Position numbers and translations under genes: made by a program
Shown here: positions 30,331-42,430 of the stretch, piece after piece
Position numbering within the stretch: the stretch's first letter is position 1
How the letters are laid out: each line of letters starts with the position of its first letter
Notes under the pieces: generated by a model
What the model saw: the letters and a program-made list of their open reading frames with translations, nothing else
What the model was told of the DNA's origin: nothing
Database searches by the model: none
Assembly (NCBI GenBank): GCA_030248215.1
Contig: JASANG010002922.1
Coordinates: 372,001 to 436,000, forward strand
Reading direction: 5' to 3'
DNA length: 64,000 nt
DNA from: Enoplolaimus lenunculus
Taxonomy: Eukaryota

Positions 30331-31395
30331 AAATTTCAAGCTGCAAATAAATTATATCTCACTTTTGAATATAGTAGGTACATGGCTCATAAACAAAATA
30401 CTTACTGATCTCTTCTAACTAAATTTTAAGCCCTATTCACAAGAGAAATTTTTTGCTGCGAGAACTTGCAGCTGCATATTGCACGCAGAACACTCAATTT
30501 TTTAACCAGCCAATGAGAAAGCGGCGGCAAAAATTCAGTCAAATTGCATGGTTGTTCACACATGTGAACTAAATTCCTGAAGCCCTATTTACACGTAGCA
30601 ATTTTTGCTGCGAGAACTCGCAGCTGCCAATTGGACACCGAAGTTGCATTTTTTCATCAGCCAATGAGAAAGCGGCTGCAATAAACTCAGTGAGCTAAAT
30701 TCATAACAGTGGTTTTTAATGAAATATATGCAGCTGCAAGTTTTTCAAACGGGAGTTTAGACAGAACTTGCAAGTGCAAGATGCATCGGCAAGTTCTCGC
30801 AGCAAAAACTTGCACGTGTAGAAAGGCCACAAGTTTAATTGATTTTAACAAAACCCTAGCAAATCGCTTACTAGCTAAACAATTCCCAATAGCTATTGGG
30901 ACATGGAGCTAACTTTCGGGCATTCAAGTCGTGCTCTTCAGCTAGTTACCCTTTTCCGCAATTTCAGTTGGTCGTCACCAAACTTAAGTGTTGAAATCAG
31001 ATTTTTTGCTATAGTTCTTGGCACTTACACAGCTTTTATTGCTATGTTTTGTGAAGTGCTGAGTGGCGGTCCCTGACATATACGGATATTCTGTCCAGTT
31101 TTTGTTCAATGCCATTACATAATGGCAGAGGTCAACAAAAACAAAAAATTGCTGGAGCCTGAGGTGAAGCATTAGGCAAATTTAGGAGGTAGTCAAGATA
31201 TCGTCTAATTTGCTACTATTATACAGCCAATATCTACAAAGCATTGCCAAAAATTTTAGTTTTCGGCCAATTTTTGGCCATATGACCATTCCATTGTCCT
31301 GGAAAGCAATTTGCCGGAAGTATAAGCGCATTTACTTACATTATTAAATATATATACTAGTCAACAAGTGCATTTACTTTTACATTAAATATATA

Positions 31396-32105
31396 CTAGC
31401 CAACTTGGTTGCAATTTCGCAACCCTGAAATATTCTTCCTTAAACTTTTGGCCTATGTTACTATAAAGGCCGTCTCAATTTCCCGGGACACAAATATACC
31501 CGGAGTGCACACTTATGCGCTCTTGTTTACATATGCACAGGCAGATATATTTACGTGGGTATATATGTATGTAGATATATATACCATATATATACACATA
31601 TATACATATATATACACATATATACATATATATTTGTCCCAAGTGTCCCATCTGTAGCATCTGTCCCAACTGTCCCATCTGTCCCAACTGACCCATCTGT
31701 CCCAACTGTCCCATCTGTCCCAACTGTCCCATCTGTGCCAAGTGTCCCATCTGTCCCAACTCTCCCATCTGTCCCAACTGTCCAATCTGTCCCAACTGTC
31801 CCAACTGTACAATGTGTCTCATCTGTCCCAATTGTCCCATTTGTCCCAGCTGTCCCATCTGTCCCACTGTCTCATCAGTCCCAACTGTCCCGATGTCCCA
31901 ATTATATTTATGGAATGTACTCCTGGTACATTGCTATCCCGGGAAAGTGGGACGGCCTTTAAAGTAACATTGGCCAAATTTTTTAAGAAAGGAAAGTGTT
32001 CTAATTTGCATATATGATGTTTCATTTTTTATTGTGAGACAGTCATTACAACAGCTGGAACGCGGCCCAAAATACGTATGTGGGGCGCTCCAGCTTTAAT
32101 ATCTA
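31396..32105 (-). mobile_element. Helitron-like non-autonomous element
   Basis: On the minus strand, hairpin GGTTGCGAAATTGCAACC is followed by CTAG|T. The other end (TATTAAAGCTGGA.CG...ATACGTATTTT) matches an A|TCTATATTATTAAAGCTGGAACG start at 62933. Confidence 0.55.
31450..31975. mobile_element. GGCC-ended (Merlin-like) MITE carrying a TA-rich microsatellite and a 9-bp minisatellite
   Basis: TIR GGCCTATGTTACTATAAAGGCCGTCTCAATTTCCCGGGA / TCCCGGGAAAGTGGGACGGCCTTTAAAGTAACATTGGCC; flanks AAACTTTT / AAATTTTT; (TGTCCCAWC)n at about 31635-31900. Confidence 0.85.
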
Positions 32106-34177
32106 AATTTGTCCTATTAAAATAAACACGCACTAAAACAGTTCAATCGACAGCCGTCCAGCATGCGAAGCGCTTGCAATTTTCGTTAAAACCTGCGCAA
32201 CTCAATAAAATGTGATAAGCTTTAATATCAATTTAACACGAGCAGGTGTAAGTACCTTTTCGACTGTGCAGGTATGTATTTCAAAATTGTCTCTGATATG
32301 ACAGTTGTGGTTTTATTGCTTTTGTGTTATTTACACTGGTAACGAAGAATACGGGGTATCTTGGAGATTGTGAGCCTGTGGTTGGATTGATAATACTATT
32401 GGCTACATTAATGTGTTTCCTTCACATAAAATCTATGTCCAGACGAGGTCTGAAACTTTTACACAGATTACAAAAATATTCATTGTTCGTATATACAATT
32501 TTAGCGAAATAAATAATCACTATACGATATTTCATAGTTAGATTTATTAATATCTTCTTAAAACTATAACGATAAGACTTAATAACGCTCTTATTATCCG
32601 CTTAGCAGGTATGAACGTTTCATTGTCAGCTGTCTATCCCAGTTATAATCGGCGACTACCTATTAATTACTACTAATCTGCTTTAAATATTTTCGTTTGT
32701 TTTGAGCTGTAGTTGCCAATAGTGTTCATGGATTTCATTTCGGAAGAAGAAAATATTAGTTTGAAAGTTTAAAGCTGCGAGCAAGCGTAGCGTGGAAAAT
32801 TGTTTGACATATGCAGATTATTCTACAGCCTGTAAAAGTGTCTTTTTTCGAATCTGCCTAAATTTTAAAAGATTTATCTCCGTTCCCTCTGGAGAAAATC
32901 GAAGAATTTTTGGAATTTAGGAATGGTTGTTGTCAAATTCGCCAAAGTATCTAATTTACACTAACGATGTGTTTTTGAGTCAGCGAGTTTCACAACTGAA
33001 TTCTGTATTTGGCATTGCTCATACTAAATAGTGACAGTAAATGCATTTCGTTGCAAAAGCCTGACTATTGCAACGTTCGATATCATAGGCGCCGGAAGTG
33101 GGGGGGCAGGGAGATACTCGCACCCCAATGTTCAGGTTTGGAGGGCATATCCTTCAATATTGCCCAAAGCTCACAGTATCAAACTGTCGAACACCTGTTC
33201 CACTAACACAACTCTGCCCGCTATAGTATCGGTAAAAGTCGAAACTTGGGTTAAACGAATAGCAAAAATAACGGACACAGAAGCGGATAGTGATCAAAAT
33301 AACGGAAACGAAATCTTAATGGGGCCTCCACCCATGTTCCCGTGATTCTTTTAATGGCGTCACACACTACAAAGACCTTAAAGTAACCAGCAGGAAATGT
33401 TAACAATTTTCTCGCTCGCTACACTCACTGACGTACAGTCTTACGTAAGAAATATATTAAAAGCACCTGAAATGAAATATACAACAACGGTAACAAAAAC
33501 AGTTCCAGAGTTCGAGGTGTGCCGTGTACTGTCTCCCCTGATTAGAGCATATGAAAGTTGTATAAGCTTTTACCTAAAATATGAGCTGTTCAGCTACTTT
33601 AGCAGAAAATGTACAAAAAATTTTTGCTACACGCGAATTGTGATCCATTTTAAACATAGATTCGTTTTCTAGGTTTACCATTTTGCAACTTTTGCGCGAA
33701 ATTGTTTTTTGGAAGTGTGTCTTACAGCTATGTAACAAGAGCGCAAGTTCGGAGAACCTCACATCAAACACCGAGAAATTCTGGATCCATTTCTACGTTT
33801 GGGGCAACCACCATGTAGTTTGAAGGAAAAAACGATTTAACCAAATGCTGATAATGAGCATTAATCTCTGGTATCGTTCAGTAACCGACATTATTTTGGG
33901 TATCATTATGCCCCCTCAGTATTAATTTGCTTCTGGCGCCGCTGTTCAAGATTCATAAATATTCAAGTTGTATTTGCCTTTAAAACTTGAGTCTAAAAGC
34001 TAATAGTCGTATTGCTCATGAAAAGCCAAGGGTACAGCAACGTTTGAATTCTGTGCTTAAATCTGGATGCAACTGTAGTATAAGATTCAACGACGAGTCA
34101 AATTCGACTCGTTCTGTTTATCTACCTTCGGTCGGCGTTTGAACAAATATTATTTCACATTAAAAATCATTGTCATA

Positions 34178-34579
34178 CTGTAGTGACCCGAATAAGAGGG
34201 GGGACTGATATATTTGGCATCTCCAGAGGTTACCACCCCTTGTTATTCGATTACGGACTGCTATTTATTTTTAACCTGCTCTCTGCCATCCTTCGTTTTT
34301 TTGTCTTACATCCAAAGCTTGAGCGATAATGCAAGCTTATACTTTGGATTGTTACTTTCAAAACTTAAGTACGCGTTAAGTTTCGAACTCAACTTTATCT
34401 GGTCCTGGAGTCATTTATGCGCTACAATTTGGGATAATTGTCATTCATGGACTCTAATTAGGGTTTAGGGACTCTATCCGCTTACGGACTCTTATTGGGG
34501 ATACGGACCCTTATTGATCGGAACTCAAAATGGGGACCCCCTCTTATTACCCCTCCCTCTCTTATTCTGCTCAATACAG
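34178..34579. mobile_element. Tc1/mariner-type MITE (TA TSD); inverted copy at about 47406-47781
   Basis: TA|CTGTAGTGACCCGAATAAGAG...CTCTTATTCTGCTCAATACAG|TA; internal sequence shared with the 47406 copy. Confidence 0.75.
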
Positions 34580-34681
34580 TATTTTAGTTTACGATATAAA
34601 CAAACTTCGGTATTTAACAGTCGTGGTTCTATACTTAATATTTTCAAAATTTAAGATAAATTTTTGTCCGAAAAATTAAAA

Positions 34682-37600
34682 ATGAAATATTCTTGCACTA
34701 TTTTCGCTGTGCTGTTCGTAGCTAAAGTGATTCAAGTTACCCCGGCGCCATCGAAAGACATTTCATTCGATCATTACACGTTCACTCAGCAATGGCCTGC
34801 TGGGGAATGTGCAATTGCCAGGGTGCGTATTATATAACAGGGGTCGGCCTATGTTAATGACATAGTCCTGTCTACTAAGCCCAATGGTGACGTTATACAA
34901 CGTCAGGTGCAGTTTGTCACCGTCCAGCCAGTCGGCCACTGTTCGCCGCTGTCCGACACCACTCGCCACCGTCTGGCGTCGTTCGTCATCCTTTGATGCC
35001 GTCCGTCATTATCCGACTCCGTCCGTTCGTTCGATTCCGTCCGTCACCGTCTGTCACGGTCCGATGTCATCCGTCACCGTCTGACACCGTCCGTCACTGT
35101 CCGACGCCGTCCGTCACCGTCCGACACCGACCGTCACCGTCTGATACCGTCCGTCACCGTCCGACACCGTCCGCCACCGTCCGACACCGTCCAGCTCCGT
35201 CCGACACCGTCCGTTACCGTCCGAAACCGTCCGCCACCGTCCGACGCCGTCCGTCACCGTCCGACGCCGTCTGTCACCGTCCGACGTCGTCCGTCGCGGT
35301 CCGATGCCGTATATCACCGTCAGACGCCAATCACCGCCATCAGACTCACTCAATTACAAACCGGTGTCGTCCGAAACCGCACCGACAGGCACTTGTATTG
35401 AAGCTTGGCACAGCAAATCAATTTCAAAACAAAAATTTTTTGACTTTCAGCGCCGTTCGGCGCTATATGGCGCCGGACTGCGCTGCTCATTAAGTATAAT
35501 GCCCCATAAGTCTAAGCGTAAACCTAAACATGAACCTAAGCGTCAATCCAGCCACACCCTAAGTCTAAGCCACACAGTCTGTAAGTTCTACAATCTTCCT
35601 GAATCTCATTTGGTCAAGCCTTTATTATTAAGACAGACCGAAAAGTATGTAACCTGTGGTACAGGAATGCAACTGCGACCACAGAAACAAATGTACCCAG
35701 CACGTGTTGCGTTTTTCGTTATATTTCTGCTAATTTATGGTTGCAAACATTAAAAAAGATGTATTTAAACGTTGGTTTTTCAAGTTTAAATGCTTCTACA
35801 ATTTCAATAAAGGTAACTTTTTACCAGTTGAATCTTAGCATTGTATATATTATTTGTGGTTTATGAATTTTTAGGATACGTGCAAGATTCCTGCAGGAGT
35901 AAACTCATGGACAGTTCACGGTTTATGGTAAGTTGCCATTTTGCCAAATAAAAACCATGACACGCGTTTAAATTTTAAGGCGGTGAGACAATCAAGAGTG
36001 GATGATGCCTACTTCAACAAGAGTATGCAACTGGTTACATTCTGTGTGGAAAAAATGTACTCGGCACGGGTTGCGTTTCTGCCTTACCCCCCTTTATTTA
36101 GAAAGGGAGTAGAACCAGAGCGAACCTTGGCACTTTATGTATGCAGCGTCTAACATGGTCTCGTGATAGATTAATTTAGGGATATTCCTGTGATACCGAC
36201 GCCCCTCTAAACAAGGGGGGTCTGTCAGAAACTCAACGCCAGGCGGTACATTTTGCACCATTCGTGATCGCAAGAGTTGCACACTCTTGTCATATGCGAA
36301 GAATCATATTTGAAGTAATCACTGTTGAGTGAAAAGGTATTTCGTAGCCTGCTGATGCTATCTAATTGTACAGTTATCTTTAAATTGCGCTCTTAACAAC
36401 CTTGGTCTATAACTAAATTTCTCTTATCATCGTGGACATTGACAAATTATTCATGGTTTATGTGTGACGTTCGACTTTGAAAACCTTTTATTTTTTAACT
36501 TTTGAACCGTTCCGGTATTATTTAGGCCTACAGTTACCATATCTATTATACCTTGCTGCTTTCGCAATAAACCTTCCTTCTATGTTAAAAATTTACCTGT
36601 AAATAGCGGAACTATACTTGTCTTGCTGCATCGTCTGGCGGCGTCCGGCGCCGGATAGGGCCGCAAGTCCAGAAAACGTTTTCGGCTACAAATTGTTTTC
36701 CGGTGTCATATGGCTACTGGACGGCGCCGAACGGAATTAGTCAAAAAGTATAGCCCCACTGTAAGTACTTTATTGTGAGCTAGTAATTTATGAAATAAAC
36801 ACATTTTGAAGCCTATAGAAGTTCCGGCGAATGTAAAGATCAGGGGCGAAACGTTTTTCAGTGGGACTGCTGCAATAGAGTAAGCGATAAAATGTAGACT
36901 AACTTTTTGCTTAGGCTTACGCTTAAAAATATGCTTATACTATTGTTACGGCCCTGTTTTATACATTGACTGGAATTTTTTTTACCAAATTTTAGCACCA
37001 TTTTGTAGGCCAAGCCAAGGTGATACTCGCGGTCCTGCTTACTGTGACGATGCTCATAAGTTCAATGTTTCGTTAATTCAGGTGAAGCTGTACATTGCAA
37101 CTATAATAATTGGTGTTCACGACACGGCATATATTGCAGACAACCAAGGGTTTCTTATCTACTTATAGCCAGATAAACTTAGGTCTGTCGAATCGTAAAC
37201 AACCTGATAATAGAGTTGATGATCAGGTTTGAAATTGCTTTTCACTACACTGTAAATTTTGAGTGAGTTGATTTTAACTCTCAGAATGAGATGAATCCAC
37301 TCAATGGTCGGAGCTCTGGATTGGGTCTTTCAGAATTCTGAATTGATTGAACTCGTTCTGAGTTAACCAGTTGATATGTCTACTATTATTAACTCAGAAA
37401 TCACTAATTTTCTATCTGAGTTAATTAATCAACTCATCGCAATTGTGCAGTGTATTCACCAATTGCAAAACGGAAAAATCCTGCCAGATAAAACATTTGC
37501 TCGGCTAAGCCAGTATTTTATCATTACTCGTGTTTCAGAGTTAAAATTAGAGCGTAGACAGACTAATATTTAACGCATTACGGTTCGGGCTTGAATTTGA

Positions 37601-40600
37601 AAACTTTCAAGGCTCACAGTGTTTGTATCTTAACATGAAGAAATACTGCGCACTGATGCTAAAACTTCAAAAAGGTGCATATTGATCTGATTTGGTGGTT
37701 TAAATTCATTTTTCAACTATTTAAGCATATCCTACCACAGCTGGAAGCACATTGGCCAAACATTTACGCGGACAAAAGCGAAGATTCATTTTGGTAAAAC
37801 TAAAGTTACATGTTCTTAATGCCTAAAAATATTTTAAGGGTCGAGCAAGTGTATACAACTGGGGTAAAGGTATACTTTTTGATTGTTATAATGCCTTTCG
37901 GACATTGTCATCAAAAGTTGTACATTTACTGTAACTTTAACACTCAAACGATACGGAAAAATTTCTGATAATTTTCCAAGTATTCGTAGACGTCTACAAC
38001 TAGCTATGTTATTTTATTGGATATCTCAACCAAAATCTAATAAAATCATTTTTTGAGCGAGAAAAACATTTTTTAGCATTGTTACAACATTGGGGTTAGT
38101 GCAAAGAACACGGCTGTAACAGTAGTGTAGCATACTCCTGACGCCTAAGCCTAAGCTGAAGCCGAAGCCTAAACGTAAAAATGAGCTTACACCTAAAGCT
38201 AAGTCTATGTTAGCCAGAAACGGTTCTTAAAACAAAACCAATATGCTGACATTACATTGATACACAGGACAGTTATTTTCCGAAGAACCGATTCTATCCA
38301 GCCTCATATGCTAAACAATTCACCATACATGGGTGTAGCCAGGATTTTCTTTCAGGAGGGAACCAATGTAGAGAACAGTGGCTGACCAGTATTATAAGCT
38401 GATTCCAAAGCCTAAGCCTAAGCGTGAGCGTAAGCCTAAGCCTAAATGTAAAAATTAGTTTATTCCTAGGCCTAAGCCTATATCTAACCATACGAATGAG
38501 TTTATTGCTAAGAATAAGCCTAAGCCAAGCAAAAAAATTAGTCTAAAGCTTAACCTAAGCCTAAGCCTACGCCTAAACCTAAGCGTAAGCGTAAGCGTAA
38601 GCCTAAGCCTAAACGTAAAAATTAGTTTATTCCTAAGCCTAAGCCTAAAGCCTAAGCCTAACCTTACGAATGAGTTTATTCCTAAGAATAAGCCTAAGCC
38701 AAGCAAAAAATTAGTCTAAAGCTTAACCTAAGCCTAAGCCTACGCCTTAACCTAAGCCTAAGCGCAAGAACCAGCATATTCCTAAGCCTGAGCCTAAGCC
38801 TAAGCTTAAGCCAAGCCAAAAATTAGTCTACAGCTTAAGCTTATTGTGTTCCAGTGCCACAGAAAAACATTCCGCTTCTGATTTTTACACGGGCCCAGGA
38901 GGGTATAAATTGTTTAAAATTTTATTGCGAACGACCATATGGACCGAGTGTTTGTTGAGCTCGCCCGCCTGTTATACAGCTTGTAATAGTGCGATTTATG
39001 AGTATATTTGAGAATTTAGGGATATATATCTTCTATGTCACACCTGTAGACTGACTTGGTTCCGTACGCTTTATATGCGAATGGCTAATAAAGTTTCAAT
39101 ATTTAATAACAATTTCAACTTTCAAACAGGATTGTGCTATGATTTTTTTAAAAACATTTGTTATGAATAAATATTTTTTAGGTCTCACGAATGGGATAAA
39201 CACGGCACATGTGCTGAAGGTACTAAATATTTCAGTGGTGAATATAAATATTTTGTTGGAGCGCTATCGTTAGCAGCGTTGTACAATGTTACCACGTAAG
39301 TTTAAAATATTAAACTTGCAGTTTTGTTAATTTTGTGCTATTTCTCAATACGTAAATTGAGTTTTATTTTTCATTTGATTCCAGTAAAATTCTTTTTTTA
39401 AAGCTTGACAATATTCTAAAAATCACTCATATTTCAAAATTGCTAACTTTTCGCTAGCTAAGTAATTAACTAAAAAAACTTGAACAATATTGCGACAAAT
39501 ACTAAAAAGTAGGCTTAATTTCGATTGGTTATTAAAGCATTCTCGGACTACTAACTTTGTCACATGTGTAATCATTTTTCAGGGCTTTCGAAAATGCCGG
39601 AATTTATCCATCAAATACTAAGACGATTAAGGTAAGGCGCATCCGCGATTTTGGTTTGCACATAGACTTGAGAGACCTGAAAATATTTGGTTTCAACTGA
39701 TATATCCAAATTTTGGGCAACACAATTGAAGAACCATTTCCCCTTTTATCATTTTTTCTGGCTATCAGCCTTGAAAATTTTTATCCGAAAAATTGTATTG
39801 ACTCTTTTAGTTTTATAATGGTTCGCTTAAAAAGTAAACCAGAAATTTCTTCAAAAGCAATAATTGCAGAAAATCTGCTATTCTGGTAAATCAACACAAG
39901 CTTAAGTAGTTTCTTCTGGTAATACCAAAGTGCATTGCAGCAATTTACCCAATGGTTAAACATAAGATTGCAGGATGTTACCGGATGTCCGTTTCCGTTC
40001 CAGTTTGCGGTAAAAATCAATGTCCGTTTCCGTTTCCGATATAGAAATACTCGAATTTCGGTAAATTTTACGCTCGAAAGTTAAGAAAGAACGTATATAT
40101 CTCGCAATTTTTGATTACAGATATGCTGCAATTGTTCAAAATGACATATAAAGTACGAAATTCACAGCCAAAATCTTGAAAATTTCACTACATCCGATAT
40201 TTTTTGTTTAAAATTAAAAAACGCAGAGCGAATATTTGCACGCCTCAATTTTTCTGGCCGAAAAATAAAACATCTTTGAAACTTTTATGCATCAATATTT
40301 GTTTTCCGTTTCCGTTATTTTTTTCACTATCCGTTTCTGTTTTTGGTATTTTCACTTTCCGTTTACATCGTGTAAAGTTAGCGTATAATTTAGCTAATAT
40401 GCGTTTTAAAACTGTGAAATTTGAAAAAATTCAAAGATCAATCACTTTTTATAGCATTTTATTTCTGTGTTTTCATACTTTACACTTCTATAATCAGCCA
40501 AAACTTACACGATAGTAAATTTCTTACAGATTGGCGATATAAACGCAGCGTTGGACAAAGCGTTTAAAACTGCTCCTGCAGTCAAATGTGTTCACAACAA

Positions 40601-41020
40601 GGAGTTGAATGTAAGTTGAAAATCATTATAAATCAAAAATGCCAAATCGACATCATCGTGTCTCTCGTATGCCTCAGAGTGTCACATAACCCTCATAACG
40701 CAGAAAATACTATACGAAAAACACAGCAAATCCGAGCTTAAAATTAATATTCAGATGAAATAGAAAATATTTACGTGTAAGTAAATGTTGAATAAATCTC
40801 TGTTCGTTGTAGTTGAAATTGAATCAGCTCGTTCTATAAAGAAAACGAAAAATGCTCGAAAATATCAATTATTTGTTTTCATTTTTAGAAGTATGTTCTA
40901 ATTGAAGTTGAAATGTGCATTGAACAAGGCACGTTGAACTTGGTCGATTGCACTCAGTATAAAGAAAAAACAACGTGTTGGGAAACAGATGAAATTGTCT
41001 ATAGAGTTCCGACTCATTAA
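34682..41020 (+). CDS. rnst-2: Ribonuclease T2 (secreted/lysosomal), about 236 aa, 8 exons
   Basis: Exons 34682-34822, 35875-35927, 37009-37081, 37726-37793, 39182-39295, 39583-39631, 40530-40610 and 40889-41020 join in phase. Features: signal peptide, FDHYTFTQQWP, CAS I WTVHGLWP, CAS II FWSHEWDKHGTC, C-terminal LIEVEMC. Confidence 0.96.
34910..35385. repeat. GC-rich minisatellite (CCGTCCGACA / CCGTCCGTCA, about 10/21-bp periodicity) in RNase T2 intron 1
   Basis: The tandem array is visible directly and explains the spurious SPSDTVRHRP ORFs. Confidence 0.9.
36016..36290. mobile_element. MITE with CAAGAGTGTGCAACT-type TIR; related copy at about 61239-61367, fragments at about 27730 and 35680
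   Basis: CAAGAGTATGCAACT / AGTTGCACACTCTTG ends; shared internal AATGTAC.CGGCACG.GTTGCGTTT motif. Confidence 0.65.
37248..37452. mobile_element. CACTG...CAGTG MITE with TA / TA TSD
   Basis: TA|CACTGTAAATTTTGAGTGAGTTGA...TCAACTCATCGCAATTGTGCAGTG|TA. Confidence 0.8.
38360..38896 (-). mobile_element. Telomeric-repeat MITE with large internal duplications
   Basis: CCAATGTAGAGAACAG...TTTACACGGGCC ends enclosing a repeated block of about 180 bp made of GCCTAA arrays. Confidence 0.8.
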
Positions 41021-41869
41021 AATTTTCATTTTTTATGCAGTGACATGGCAAGCCCTAGTGGATGATCAGCTGTAGAAGCTTGACGCTTGAAGCCGTATTC
41101 ACTCTTTAAAGTTTTTGCAGCGGCAAAGCCTAAACCTAAGCCTAAGCCTAAGCCTAAGCAAGAAAGTTAGTACAAAGTGTGATCGCGAGAAAAATCATTT
41201 CACTCAGCTCGACAAGCTACGTCGAATGATATATATAGAACCTCTAAGAGGTTTAAACAAAAAGTTACTTTTAAAAACTAAAATTTCAATGCGGTGTGTC
41301 ATAAAAAATTATGTGAAGCTCAAATATGCAAAAAATATTCAAAATAGAACAAACCATTTTAGCCAGGATAAACGCTAGCTGCTAGAGACATTTAACGGCA
41401 AACGGCAGATTTGTTCGGCCCCAGCGAGGCAAAAAAATAGGGTTTTTCAATTTTGTGTGAAATACGAAAACAGATGTTTTATTATCTTGTAATTTTTTTA
41501 TTAAAATTTGGTAAATTAAATTGACGTTTTGATGATGTGTTTAAAGTTGGTCTATTTTTGAAGTTTAACTTTTATTTGACTGTATCCAGATTTCAAGGTT
41601 TGGGGGGGCTCAACCTATAGCGCATTTTTGGAATCTTTGCACAGATATTTTATGTTAAAAACCTGAGCGCTGAAGTGTCTGCGGCATAAGATGTTAATAT
41701 TTTTGCATAGAACATACGGAGAATTTGGCTAGTTTTAGGTTTTATTAAACTTGTAAGATTTCTTCAGCTGAATAATGTAGTATAATCACTGTTCCGGATA
41801 CAAGCGCAACCAAACAAAGCAACAGACCCTGTTAATTTTTCACACGGTTCTTATTTAGGATAAAACTAA

Positions 41870-42430
41870 GGCCCATATTATCAAATGTGTATAGCAACTA
41901 TGGCCAATGTAAAGAACGGGGGGGACAGTATTATAAGCATTTTCCTAAGCCTAAGCGTAAGCCTAAGCCTAAGCGTAAGAATGGGCATGTTCCTAAGCCT
42001 AAGCCAAAGCCTAAGCCTAAGCGTAAGAATGAGCATATTCCTAAGCCTAAGGCTAAGCCTGAGCGTAAGAATGAGCATATTCCTAAGCCTAAGCCTAAGC
42101 GTAAGCCAAAGCCTAAGCGTAAGAATGAGCATATTCTTAATCCTAAGCCTAAGCCAGGCAAAAAAATAGTCTAAAGCTTAAGCTGATTGCAGGCCCATAG
42201 CAAAAAGTTGCGCCCGTGATCTTTACATGGGCCGCAACTATCATTAGTTAGTAATGGATTTTTAAACCCATTAACTCTTGCAGTTGTTGAACTCAAAATT
42301 GGTACAGGAATACAGCAAACCATGTGCAAAAAATGTGCTGAATCTTGAGCCTCAGCATTCTTTGGTTTAAAAGTAAGAAAACCTATCACCAACTGGACAT
42401 AGATACTGCACACATTTGCGAATACGGGCC
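41870..42430. mobile_element. GGCCC(A/G)TATT-ended MITE disrupted by a telomeric-repeat MITE (41902-42233)
   Basis: Outer TIR GGCCCATATTATCAAATGTGT / CACACATTTGCGAATACGGGCC; the inner element has a perfect TSD GCAACTAT. Confidence 0.85.

Noticed and set aside
31409..32025. GQMGQL, WDRWDS and VPSVPT repeat ORFs
   Set aside because: A 9-bp minisatellite open in several frames on both strands, inside a TIR element.
33009..33771. Short ORFs of 65-104 aa
   Set aside because: They overlap repeat-like sequence, have no recognisable domain and give no coherent exon chain.
34884..35753. Pro/Ser/Arg-rich ORFs
   Set aside because: Minisatellite within RNase T2 intron 1.
41881..42174. ORFs rich in LRLRLR, KPKPK, LGLGLG or SLSLS (also at 10318, 19791, 38294, 38455, 63374)
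   Set aside because: They are translations of TTAGGC/GCCTAA arrays inside MITEs, not genes.
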